Shown: piece by piece, positions 55,047 to 64,000 of the stretch | Layout: each line of letters begins with the position of its first letter | Position numbering within the stretch: position 1 is the first letter of the stretch | Assembly (NCBI GenBank): GCA_965217895.1 | Contig: CBDCJV010000002.1 | Coordinates: 3,904,001-3,968,000, forward strand | DNA from: Waterburya sp. | GTDB taxonomy: Bacteria > Cyanobacteriota > Cyanobacteriia > Cyanobacteriales > Xenococcaceae | DNA length: 64,000 nt | Direction: 5' to 3' | The notes under the pieces: model-generated | What the model saw: the letters and a program-made list of their open reading frames with translations, nothing else | The model's database searches: none | Told to the model about the DNA's origin: nothing | Program-made: the position numbers and the translations under genes

Positions 55047-56660
55047 GTGAGGAAAATGTTGAAAATATTACGTAATTTGTTGTTGGCATCTCCAGCAATA
55101 GTAGCTTTGGTATTAGGCTGTGAATTATCAGCCTCTGCTCAGTCAGTCTCAGAAATAGAAGACAATACCCAACTGCTAGATCAAATCAATAACTATAGTC
55201 AAGAAGGGAAGACCAATCCTCGTAATCAGGTAACTAACGTCAATCAGTTAAGAGATGTTTCTCCTACAGATTGGGCTTATGAAGCTTTACGTAGTTTAGT
55301 CGATCGCTATGGCTGTATTGCTGGTTATCCAAACCAAACCTATCGTGGCGGTCAACCCCTAACTCGTTATGAGTTTGCTGCTGGTTTGAACTCTTGCTTA
55401 AACCAAATTGAACGCTTGATTGCTTCTCAAGGATCGGTTAGTCAAGAAGACCTTGATACTATCAATCGTCTTCAACAAGAGTTTGAAGCAGAATTGGCTA
55501 CCTTGGGTGGTCGGGTTGACGAACTTGAAAGTCGCACTGCTACTTTAGAAGATAATCAGTTTTCTACTACTACCAAATTAGAAGGAGAAGCCGTTTTTGG
55601 GATCAGCAATGATTTTAATAACACCGATCTGAACAAGACAGTATTTCAAGATAGGATACGTTTAGCTTTTGTATCTAGTTTCTTTGGAAAAGATTCTCTA
55701 TACACTCGTATTGATGCTTCAAACGCTGGATTTGGTTTTCAAACCAAAGACGGAAATGGAGATCCTGTCGATCTTCAAACTGGTGCTTTAACCTATCAGA
55801 CTGCTGACAGCGGTAACGATATTGCTATCGGCTGGTTGGCTTATTATTTTCCCGTCGGTGAAAAAATCGATGTCTACCTACCTGCTGCTTTCCCTCTATG
55901 GGTTGACTTTGTTCCTTCTTTAAGTCCCTATTTAGACTCTTTTACTGGTGCAACTGGTTCTCTTTCTAGTTTTGCTGAGTCTAGCCCTATCTATAAGATT
56001 GGTCTGCCTTCGGGTGGTGGTATTGGTTTTAACTTCAAACCTCTAGATTTTGTAACCATTAGTGCTGGTTACTTTGGTGGAGATACTGCTAACCCAATTG
56101 GGGCTCAAGATGGTGGCTTATTCAACGAAGAATATTCTGCTTTGGGTCAGGTTACTCTTAGCCTCTTAGATGAAAAGCTACAGATAGCTGGAACTTATGT
56201 CTTAGGTCAGTTTGCTGCGACTGATAATACTATTTATGACTTAGGGGTGGGTACTGCTTTGGCAAGACAGCCTTTTGGCGATGGTGTTAGAGTTGCTTCT
56301 AACTCCTATGGTGTAGAAGCTGCATATCAACTGGGAGACAAGCTTGCCCTAAATGCTTTTGGTATGTATAGTAATACTAAAGAAGCTGCTGGCAACGGTA
56401 ATGCAGATATATGGTCTTACGGTGCTGGGCTTTCATTCCCTGATTTTGGCAAAGAAGGTAATCTCGCTGCTATATTTGCTGGTGTAGAACCTTATGCAGG
56501 AGATGAAAGCAACCCTATTCACCTTGAAGGCTTGTATAAATATCAGTTCAGTGACAACATCTCTGTTACTCCAGGTGTGGTTTATATAATCAATCCTAAC
56601 GGTAATAGTACGGACGATGATGGCATAATCGGTGTGCTTAGAACAACCTTTACTTTCTAG
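55047..56660 (+). CDS. Cyanobacterial outer-membrane porin (SLH + OprB)
   Basis: DVSPTDWAYEAL SLH domain, FSTTTKLEGE, terminal LRTTFTF. Confidence 0.95.
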   Translation: MRKMLKILRNLLLASPAIVALVLGCELSASAQSVSEIEDNTQLLDQINNYSQEGKTNPRNQVTNVNQLRDVSPTDWAYEALRSLVDRYGCIAGYPNQTYRGGQPLTRYEFAAGLNSCLNQIERLIASQGSVSQEDLDTINRLQQEFEAELATLGGRVDELESRTATLEDNQFSTTTKLEGEAVFGISNDFNNTDLNKTVFQDRIRLAFVSSFFGKDSLYTRIDASNAGFGFQTKDGNGDPVDLQTGALTYQTADSGNDIAIGWLAYYFPVGEKIDVYLPAAFPLWVDFVPSLSPYLDSFTGATGSLSSFAESSPIYKIGLPSGGGIGFNFKPLDFVTISAGYFGGDTANPIGAQDGGLFNEEYSALGQVTLSLLDEKLQIAGTYVLGQFAATDNTIYDLGVGTALARQPFGDGVRVASNSYGVEAAYQLGDKLALNAFGMYSNTKEAAGNGNADIWSYGAGLSFPDFGKEGNLAAIFAGVEPYAGDESNPIHLEGLYKYQFSDNISVTPGVVYIINPNGNSTDDDGIIGVLRTTFTF

Positions 56661-56704
56661 AAAAGTAGCTTTTGAGTATTTTATTATTTATCAATAATTT
56701 TGTT

Positions 56705-56737
56705 AACCACAGTTAAATAACTAACTGTGGTTTTTTT
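56705..56737 (+). terminator. Rho-independent terminator of the porin gene
   Basis: AACCACAGTTA...TAACTGTGGTT followed by a T run. Confidence 0.8.
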
Positions 56738-56962
56738 AATTAATGAACCTAAGTTCGAGATATAGCAATCGAATCCTAGATCGGGACATCTTTTAATTTC
56801 TTTGCGTCTTTTTCAAGACTCCGCGTCGGCGACGCGGGTAGATGCGGGAGAATTCCTTTCTCGAATCTACTTGTTACTTTTTCCCAAAACCAACTGGTTG
56901 CTATCTAAAATGACTATATATTCTTTGAACGCTCTCATTGAGATAATTTAGATTGGCTTAAA

Positions 56963-57847
56963 ATGAACAAAAAACCAGAAATACCTTTGGCAAACTTTAA
57001 TGAAGCTGAATATATTCGATTGAATCGAGATATATCAGATGCAGTGCAGCGAGGCGATTTTGCATCTGGCTGGGAACACTATTTGAGGTTTGGAATCAAT
57101 GAAGAAAGACCTGGATTAAGCCAGACAAGCGCAATTGTCGAGCAGCTAACAAAAAGTGTTGTTTCTATACCCGTTCCACCTCCTGTCTTAAGGACTAGAG
57201 TACATGGTGCAGAAGCAATGTCGGAGTTTCATAAAATAGGTAAGGTAGTTGCCCTAGATCTTGAATCTACTATTTATTCTAATCGTATTCAGCTTGGCGA
57301 TCGCAGTAAGATCCTCGACTTTGGCTGTGGTTGTGGTCGAATTATTACCTGGTTTCAAAATCTCTATCCCCAGAGCAAGTTTTACGGGACTGATATAGAT
57401 GGTGAAGCCATAGCTTGGTGTCAGTCAAATCTGGCAGATCGAGGGGAATTTTTAGTAAATGAAAACCTACCGCCATTACCCTTTGCCGATGATTTTTTCG
57501 ATCTGGTATACTCTATTTCTATATTTACTCATCTACCCGAAGAGATGCAGTTGGTCTGGCTCAAAGAACTAAATAGAGTTTGCAGAAAAGGGGCGTATTT
57601 ACTATTGACTGTTCATGGAGCGCATTGTTTTCCTGTGAAGACAGAAGAAGCAAAAGCTAAATTCGCTCATAACGGCTTTTATTACTTGGTAGGTGATGGC
57701 ACCAGCGGACTACCAGAATTTTATCAAAACTGTTATCACACTGAAGCCTATATTCGCGATCGCTGGAGTGATTTTTTTGAAATTAGGCAAATTGTTACTA
57801 AAAAAGTTGCTAACTTTCAAGATTTAGTTATCTGTTCTAATAAGTAA
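56963..57847 (+). CDS. Class I SAM-dependent methyltransferase with N-terminal extension
   Basis: ILDFGCGCGR, GTDID, FDLVYSISIFTHL. Confidence 0.9.
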   Translation: MNKKPEIPLANFNEAEYIRLNRDISDAVQRGDFASGWEHYLRFGINEERPGLSQTSAIVEQLTKSVVSIPVPPPVLRTRVHGAEAMSEFHKIGKVVALDLESTIYSNRIQLGDRSKILDFGCGCGRIITWFQNLYPQSKFYGTDIDGEAIAWCQSNLADRGEFLVNENLPPLPFADDFFDLVYSISIFTHLPEEMQLVWLKELNRVCRKGAYLLLTVHGAHCFPVKTEEAKAKFAHNGFYYLVGDGTSGLPEFYQNCYHTEAYIRDRWSDFFEIRQIVTKKVANFQDLVICSNK

Positions 57848-57864
57848 ACAGTACCCCTCTGAAC

Positions 57865-57920
57865 GCCAATATAAAACCAGAGCAGGAGAAGTTCTTATCT
57901 TGCTCTGGTTTTATATTGGC
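57865..57920. terminator. Long hairpin between convergent genes
   Basis: GCCAATATAAAACCAGAGCA / TGCTCTGGTTTTATATTGGC perfect 20-bp stem. Confidence 0.7.
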
Positions 57921-58051
57921 AATGCTTTAAATTTTAGTTTTTCAACGCTTTACTATTACTAACGTAGAAACGGATCATCTCTAAAAAAAGTAAAGTAAAA
58001 TTAATTTACTTTTTTTCTCAAAGCGTTGGCTTCTTAATTTAGCGAATGCGC

Positions 58052-58336
58052 TTAGAAACGGTTGTTACGACGACCACCGCTATTTCTATTATCTTCACGG
58101 GGTCTAGCTTTATTGACTTTAAGCTGACGATCCATCCATTCTGCTCCATCTAAAGCTTCAATAGCTTTATCTTCATTAGCTTCTGACTCCATTTCTACAA
58201 AAGCAAATCCTCTAGGACGATCTGTTTCGCGATCTGTAGGAATATGAACCCGTTTAACAGTTCCATATTCTGTAAAGACTTCGCTTAAATCTTCTTGATT
58301 TACTTCGTAAGATAGGTTGCCTACGTAAATTGACAT
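58052..58336 (-). CDS. rbp: RRM RNA-binding protein (Rbp family)
   Basis: MSIYVGNLSY (RNP2) and RGFAFVEM (RNP1). Confidence 0.96.
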   Translation of the reverse strand: MSIYVGNLSYEVNQEDLSEVFTEYGTVKRVHIPTDRETDRPRGFAFVEMESEANEDKAIEALDGAEWMDRQLKVNKARPREDNRNSGGRRNNRF

Positions 58337-58895
58337 ACTTTTAATTGTCTACTCAATGAGTGTTGTGTGTTAGAGAGACAAGATTATAGGAAAAGAAATA
58401 GCGCAATACTCTACGGAAAAGACCTTTAGATACTGGATACAAACTTAATCGTTAATCTCTTGATTCTCAGTCTAAATATTAACACTAATATTTAAATAAG
58501 AGCAAAATTGCACTATTTCTTTTTTTACGGGCGATCGCATTTTTAGATAGTTCTAGCTTCCAAACCTAGTCTCTCAGTAATTTCCATCCATTTTTGTCCT
58601 ATGCGTCCAACTGATTAATTATTTTTAAGACTGCGATAAAATCATAAAATTTATAACGATTTATAACGCAATAGTTCGGACAGTTTTTGACAAAAGCTCA
58701 CAAAGCCTAATTGATAGTTGATTATTTTGGTCTAGAGTAAGGCTAAAGTACCTATTTTTCCTTTTAAATTTTGTCCGAACCATTAATGGCGATGCTCAAA
58801 CAGATTTGTTGATCGTGTTTGCTACTAACCACATTAAACTAGTAGACGTGGACGTAATGTGGAGTAACCATTTATTTACGTTCAAGTCTACTAGT

Positions 58896-59945
58896 TTATT
58901 TGAGCATCTTGTTAATAGAAGAAACTCCTGAGTTATTAGATTTAAATGTAGTTTGAGAGAATAAAAGATAGCCAGAAAGACCTAAAGCAACAACCGCAGC
59001 TAATCCGCTGATAATTGCCCAACGTCTAGCGGTTGTTATCTGTTTCTCTACATCCCTAAAAGAAGATTTTAAAGGATTAACAACAGACATTAGCTCATGG
59101 CGATATTTGGCTTCATTTTCTTCCATTGAAGGGCGCATTTCATCTCTTTGTACTGCCCATTCTTGTAGTGCCGCTCTTTGGCGAGACCAATCATCTAGTG
59201 CGCTAGACAACTTATTATCTAAATCTTGTTTGAGGTTATTAATTTGTTGATTAAACTGCGCGCTCAAATTACGATTTGCTTGATTGAATTGACCATTAAC
59301 ATTAATAAGCTCTTTGCGTACCGATTCCCAGCTTGATTGATTTTTATGTTCTAGCTCACCAATTTTATTAGTTTGGTTAGTATTAAACTTGTCTTCAAGT
59401 TCAGTAATACGCTGTTCAAACTTTTGTTCTAACTGTTGTAAAAAATCAGTATTAGACAAAGACTTTTCATGTTCTCGAATTTGATTTTGAAGTTTATGAC
59501 GATAAGTTTCTAACAATTCATCTAGCTGAGCTTGTAAAGAATCTAAATCAACATTTTTAGTAGCAGGTTCAAGTAAATTAATATTATCGTAAACTGAACG
59601 AATCTTAAGAACTAGCTCTTCGGCTGTGGTGTTTTTTAGTAAGTAACCCTTTGCTCCTGCTCGCAGAGATTTCCCTAAATAAGCATCATCATCATGACCG
59701 CTTAAAACAATTATTTTGGTATCAGGGAAACGCTGGCAAATAATGCTAGTTGCGTTCAGACCGTCCATTTTAGGCATATCAATATCCATCAAGACGATAT
59801 TAGGCTGCAATTCCTCTACTTGGGCGATCGCTTCATGACCATTATGAGCAACTCCTATTACCTGGAGATCTTTTTCAACGTCAAGCCAAGTTTTTAAAAC
59901 CTCACATAAAAGAGCCTGATCGTCTACTAATAAAATATTAATCAT
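58896..59945 (-). CDS. Response regulator (NarL-type REC) with coiled coil and C-terminal TM helix
   Basis: LVDD..MDIDMP..GYLLK; no HTH output domain; hydrophobic C-terminal helix. Confidence 0.88.
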   Translation of the reverse strand: MINILLVDDQALLCEVLKTWLDVEKDLQVIGVAHNGHEAIAQVEELQPNIVLMDIDMPKMDGLNATSIICQRFPDTKIIVLSGHDDDAYLGKSLRAGAKGYLLKNTTAEELVLKIRSVYDNINLLEPATKNVDLDSLQAQLDELLETYRHKLQNQIREHEKSLSNTDFLQQLEQKFEQRITELEDKFNTNQTNKIGELEHKNQSSWESVRKELINVNGQFNQANRNLSAQFNQQINNLKQDLDNKLSSALDDWSRQRAALQEWAVQRDEMRPSMEENEAKYRHELMSVVNPLKSSFRDVEKQITTARRWAIISGLAAVVALGLSGYLLFSQTTFKSNNSGVSSINKMLK

Positions 59946-60428
59946 TAAATATACCTGTGTAACTTAAATTACTGCGAAAACACAATTTAAATTTATATTT
60001 CAAATTATATTAATTGATAACTTGGTCAAAAAATCAATGCACACGCACTCTTTAATCGATTGTAAAGATTAGTTTATCAAAATGTAATTAAGCTATTTTA
60101 TCTGGCTAATGTAGGCAAATTAAATTTTAGTATTGATTGCTAAAGTTACTAATTTATAATGTTTTTAAACGATGAACAAATATTTAGTTATCCGATTGCT
60201 TAAAAGATAGTCTACATTACGTTGCTAATTGAATCAATTAAAACTCAACTTATAAGTATGTAATTCAAGACATAATTAAAGACATAATTCGCAAACGTGC
60301 AAGAAGATAGGGAAGGTACAATCCAAAATATAAACCGAGCTAGTTTAGGTATTCCATCTTTGCTATAAGATTACATAAATCTATGACAATGATGTAGAAC
60401 ATATTTAGAACCGTATTTTGCTGACTTT

Positions 60429-62012
60429 ATGGAAACAATTTTTTTATCTGTAGAACCGAGTGTAGCCGAAGTTTCCATCAAAGGAAATTTAGAGCAATTT
60501 TTAATAGTTTTGTCTGTATCCTTAAGCGTAGCAACGATTTCCAGGATTTTTAGCTGGTTTCGACAAATACCCTATACGCTGCTTCTAGTAATTGTCGGAC
60601 TAGGTTTAGCTTTTGTGGATATTCGCTTGGTAACTCTCTCTCCAGAGCTGATTCTAGAGATTTTCTTACCCCCTTTGCTATTTGAAGCAGCTTGGAATAT
60701 CCGCTGGCGAAGTTTAAAAGATAGTTTATTTCCAGTTAGTTTGTTTGCCATTGTGGGAGTAGTTATCTCTGTGGTTGGGGTAGCCTTCTCTTTGAGCTAT
60801 TTTACAGATATGTCTTTGGCTACAGCACTTTTAGTTGGTGCAAGCTTGTCTGCTACCGATCCTGTCTCGGTGGTGGCATTGTTTAGAGAATTGGGAGCAA
60901 GTAAACGCCTAACTATTCTTATGGAAGGAGAAAGCCTTTTTAATGATGGTGTGGCGGTAGTTGCCTTTTTGCTCTTGGTTAATATTCCCTTGGGCAATGG
61001 CGAGTTTGGTATCTCGACTATTATGATTCGCTTTTTGACCTTCGTGGGTATTGGCTTAGGTATCGGCAGCCTAGTTGGTTTTGGGATCTCTTATCTGACT
61101 CAAAGATTTGATTTGCCTTTGGTAGAGCAGTCTTTAACCTTAGTTTCGGCTTATGGTACATATTTAATTACCGAAGAATTAGGTGGTTCTGGAGTAATTG
61201 GGGTTGTTACAGTGGGGATTATCCTGGGTAATTTTGGCTCGCGAATTGGCATGAATCCTCGTACCAGGCTTTTGGTTTCCGAGTTCTGGGATTTTCTGGC
61301 ATTTTTTGTTAATTCTATTGTTTTCTTACTAATTGGCGATCAAATAAACTTTTCCAGCCTGCGTAATAACTTTGATTTAATTATAGTAGCGATCGCATCA
61401 GTATTAGTTACTAGAGCGATCGTTATTTTTGGCTTGGGCAATCTTAGTAATTTAGTCAGCAAAACTAAAACCAATCTGCGAGAACAAACTGTTCTTTGGT
61501 GGGGTGGCTTAAGGGGTTCGGTTTCTATTGCCGTAGCTTTAAGTGTCCCTGTAGTTCTTACGGGAAGACAAGAAATTATTACTACAGTTTTTGGAGTGGT
61601 TTTATTTACGCTGTTGGTACAAGGGTTGAGTACTAAGTGGTTATTAAGCACCCTAAGTCTAATTGGCGATCAGCCTTTGCGTCAGGAATACTCGGAATTA
61701 CTGGCAAGAAAAGTAGCTATGAATCGCGTTCTTGACTATTTAAACAATAATGAATTAGCTTCAGAAATTGATCCTGAATACTATCGTTATCAACAGGGAC
61801 TAGTAAAAGGGCAACTGCAAAATATTGAAGACAAAATTGATAAGATACAGCGAGAAAATGACAATCTCCGCGCTTTAACTATGGAACAGCTAAACGAACA
61901 GCTTTTAGACATTGAAGCTGATACCTACGCTGAGTTTATTCGAGCAGGAAAATTAAACGAAAATCTCTCTCCTGTTTTACAAGAAATTATTGCTAAAGCT
62001 GGAGATACTTAA
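60429..62012 (+). CDS. Na+/H+ antiporter, CPA1/NhaP family
   Basis: LPPLLFEAA, SATDPVSV, EGESLFNDG, GGLRG motifs. Confidence 0.95.
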   Translation: METIFLSVEPSVAEVSIKGNLEQFLIVLSVSLSVATISRIFSWFRQIPYTLLLVIVGLGLAFVDIRLVTLSPELILEIFLPPLLFEAAWNIRWRSLKDSLFPVSLFAIVGVVISVVGVAFSLSYFTDMSLATALLVGASLSATDPVSVVALFRELGASKRLTILMEGESLFNDGVAVVAFLLLVNIPLGNGEFGISTIMIRFLTFVGIGLGIGSLVGFGISYLTQRFDLPLVEQSLTLVSAYGTYLITEELGGSGVIGVVTVGIILGNFGSRIGMNPRTRLLVSEFWDFLAFFVNSIVFLLIGDQINFSSLRNNFDLIIVAIASVLVTRAIVIFGLGNLSNLVSKTKTNLREQTVLWWGGLRGSVSIAVALSVPVVLTGRQEIITTVFGVVLFTLLVQGLSTKWLLSTLSLIGDQPLRQEYSELLARKVAMNRVLDYLNNNELASEIDPEYYRYQQGLVKGQLQNIEDKIDKIQRENDNLRALTMEQLNEQLLDIEADTYAEFIRAGKLNENLSPVLQEIIAKAGDT

Positions 62013-62144
62013 TTTCGGTTGCTTATTGATAATTAATTATTTTCAGGCGTTTTTAGTCGAGCATCTTCTTTGCACAATCGCTATTTTTTTCTCACTTTAG
62101 CTAGAATTTAATTACTGTCTCAAAATTTCTCCGAAAAATAAGAT

Positions 62145-62519
62145 ATGACATCAGCTAAGAATGTTTTGGGTGGAGAACTTAAAGTTTGTTGCACATCGCC
62201 CATGACAGGATTTTATCGCACAGGAAAATGTGAAACAGGTCCTCAAGACCAAGGCGTTCACGTAATTTGCACCGAAGTTACTGCTAAGTTTTTGGCTTTC
62301 AGCAAAGAAAGGGGCAACGATCTCACTACTCCTATGCCAATGTATAATTTTCCTGGGTTAAAACCAGGGGATTGCTGGTGTTTATGTGCATTGCGCTGGA
62401 AAGAAGCTTTAGATGCGGGTTTTGCTCCACCAATCAACTTAGAAGCCACCCATGAATCGATGCTAAATTACGTTCCTTTGGAAGTTCTCAAAGAACATTC
62501 TATGAACTTGGCAAAATAA
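62145..62519 (+). CDS. DUF2237 family protein
   Basis: NVLG..CCTSPMTGFYRTG, GNDLTTP, PGDCWCLCALRW. Confidence 0.92.
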   Translation: MTSAKNVLGGELKVCCTSPMTGFYRTGKCETGPQDQGVHVICTEVTAKFLAFSKERGNDLTTPMPMYNFPGLKPGDCWCLCALRWKEALDAGFAPPINLEATHESMLNYVPLEVLKEHSMNLAK

Positions 62520-62936
62520 TCAAAAAAAGGCATTGCCAAATCCATGAGGTGATCCCACTTTCCATCAAGTAGGATAATGTCTGAAAGTGAAAACACCGTT
62601 GTTTCAACGGTAAAACCATTAAAACAACGAGCCTGGAAATACGCTTCGTAATGACGTATAGCAATAGGTGCTTGTATTAGGACATTTGTTACTTGTTGCT
62701 TACGAGCAGTTCATTTTTTCTTAACCAGTCTTAAAGATGCTACGTCTTGACACTTCGGGCTATAATTATATCTACAGAAACCTTGCCAATAGGTGCTTTG
62801 AATTGATTTTCTAAAAACATGAATAATGCCCAAGTTCTACCCAAAAAAACCAATCGATTGATGTGGAAGTATGTTAGGCTAATTAAACCGATAAGAAATA
62901 AAAACGTATTTAGATAGTTGTAACTCTTGTTTATCA

Positions 62937-63010
62937 CGGGATGTAGCGCAGCTTGGTAGCGCGCCTGCTTTGGGAGCAGGATGTCGCAGGTTCAAATCCT
63001 GTCATCCCGA
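62937..63010 (+). tRNA. tRNA-Pro(TGG)
   Basis: CGGGATGTAGCGCAGCTTGGTAGCGCGCCTGCTTTGGGAGCAGG...GGTTCAAATCC...CCCGA cloverleaf; CCA not encoded. Confidence 0.97.
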
Positions 63011-63454
63011 TTCATACAGAATAAAGTTTAGGTGAATTTGGTTTTATTGGGATATTAAGTACAGGTCACATTATGACCCAATTTATAATAGGTTCACCTA
63101 ATCTTCATTCCAATATTTACCCTTGATAAATCTAACTGCATACCACAAAAAATAGAGCTAATAGCGATCGCTTCAGAGAGAATAGGGTATAAAGAGGATA
63201 GTTTAAAAGCCAATATGTAGGCGCAAAATATTGTTTTTGTCGAACTTTTACAGAACCAAGCCACAACCGCCAAAAGCTATGTGGAGTCAATGCTTATTAG
63301 TCAACTAATTTAAAATGAGGGTTTGAATCGCCCCTTTCCATACAAACAATACTTCTGGCTTTATTCTGGGAATTAAATAATTCACGAACAATTTTAGGAT
63401 CAGAAAAATCCTATACTATTTATTTAACTGGAAATATCAACGATATCTAACTTA

Positions 63455-64000
63455 CTATTCCCTATTTAAACGAAGCGATACTAGCTGCTTAATTTTTTTC
63501 TTTTCCCACTCTAAAGCCGAACCAACAATTTTATCTAAAGAATTGTGTTGTGGTTGCCAGCCAATAACTTTGCGAATTTTGTCTCCTGATGCTACTACAC
63601 AAGCGGGATCTCCTTGTCTACGGGGAGTCTCCTCAATCGGAAAATCTACTCCCGAAATCTCTTGGATTTTGGATAATACTTCTCTGACGCTATAGCCAGT
63701 ACCATAGCCACAGTTTAAAACTTGACTGGTTGATTCTGTTTCTAAATAAGCTAAAGCATCTACATGAGCAGCAGCTAAGTCTTCGACATGAATATAGTCG
63801 CGGATGCCTGTGCCGTCTGGAGTTAAATAATCTGTACCAAAAATCCTAGCAGATGGACGAATACTCAAAGCTGCATCACAACCTACTCTTATTAAGTGAG
63901 CAGCTTTACCCATTTGACCAATTTTACCTGAACTATCTGCTCCTGCAACGTTAAAATAACGCAGAATTACATACTTAAGCTCTGAACTTTGAGCATAGTC
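63455..64000 (-). CDS. galE: UDP-glucose 4-epimerase (partial, 5' part outside window)
   Basis: LRYFNVAGA, FGTDYLTPDGTGIRDYIHVEDLA, NCGYGTGYSV, RRQGDP. Confidence 0.95.
   Translation of the reverse strand, partial: DYAQSSELKYVILRYFNVAGADSSGKIGQMGKAAHLIRVGCDAALSIRPSARIFGTDYLTPDGTGIRDYIHVEDLAAAHVDALAYLETESTSQVLNCGYGTGYSVREVLSKIQEISGVDFPIEETPRRQGDPACVVASGDKIRKVIGWQPQHNSLDKIVGSALEWEKKKIKQLVSLRLNRE

Noticed and set aside
62520..63010. Possible island integrated at tRNA-Pro, and 65-aa ORF 62740-62937
   Set aside because: No integrase or duplicated tRNA 3' end is seen nearby. The ORF covers the tRNA upstream region and has no recognisable features.

Overview
Cyanobacterial chromosome segment, judged from abundant HIP1 GCGATCGC octamers, psb29, a phycobiliprotein lyase, zeta-carotene desaturase and an SLH porin. 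It holds a complete minus-strand rRNA operon (16S-tRNAIle-tRNAAla-23S-5S), tRNA-Pro and mostly housekeeping genes. The main find is an ~11.5 kb prophage-like element (18311-29789) with a regulator, a putative replication protein, a tyrosine recombinase, a compact tail-less putative structural operon and a GH24 lysozyme. At its left end is an intact IS110-family (DEDD + Ser) recombinase. Upstream of that gene is a two-loop bridge-RNA-like structure whose four 8-nt guide segments match the two junctions of the whole element (8/8, 8/8, 8/8, 6/8; core AA). This suggests a virus-like element that uses an RNA-guided bridge recombinase as its integrase. Secondary finds are a secreted 9x NPC-repeat peptide beside an FGE/SUMF1-fold gene, several structured non-coding segments in the element, a decayed AddB-like gene and a composite MITE. 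All matches and folds were read by eye; no searches were run.
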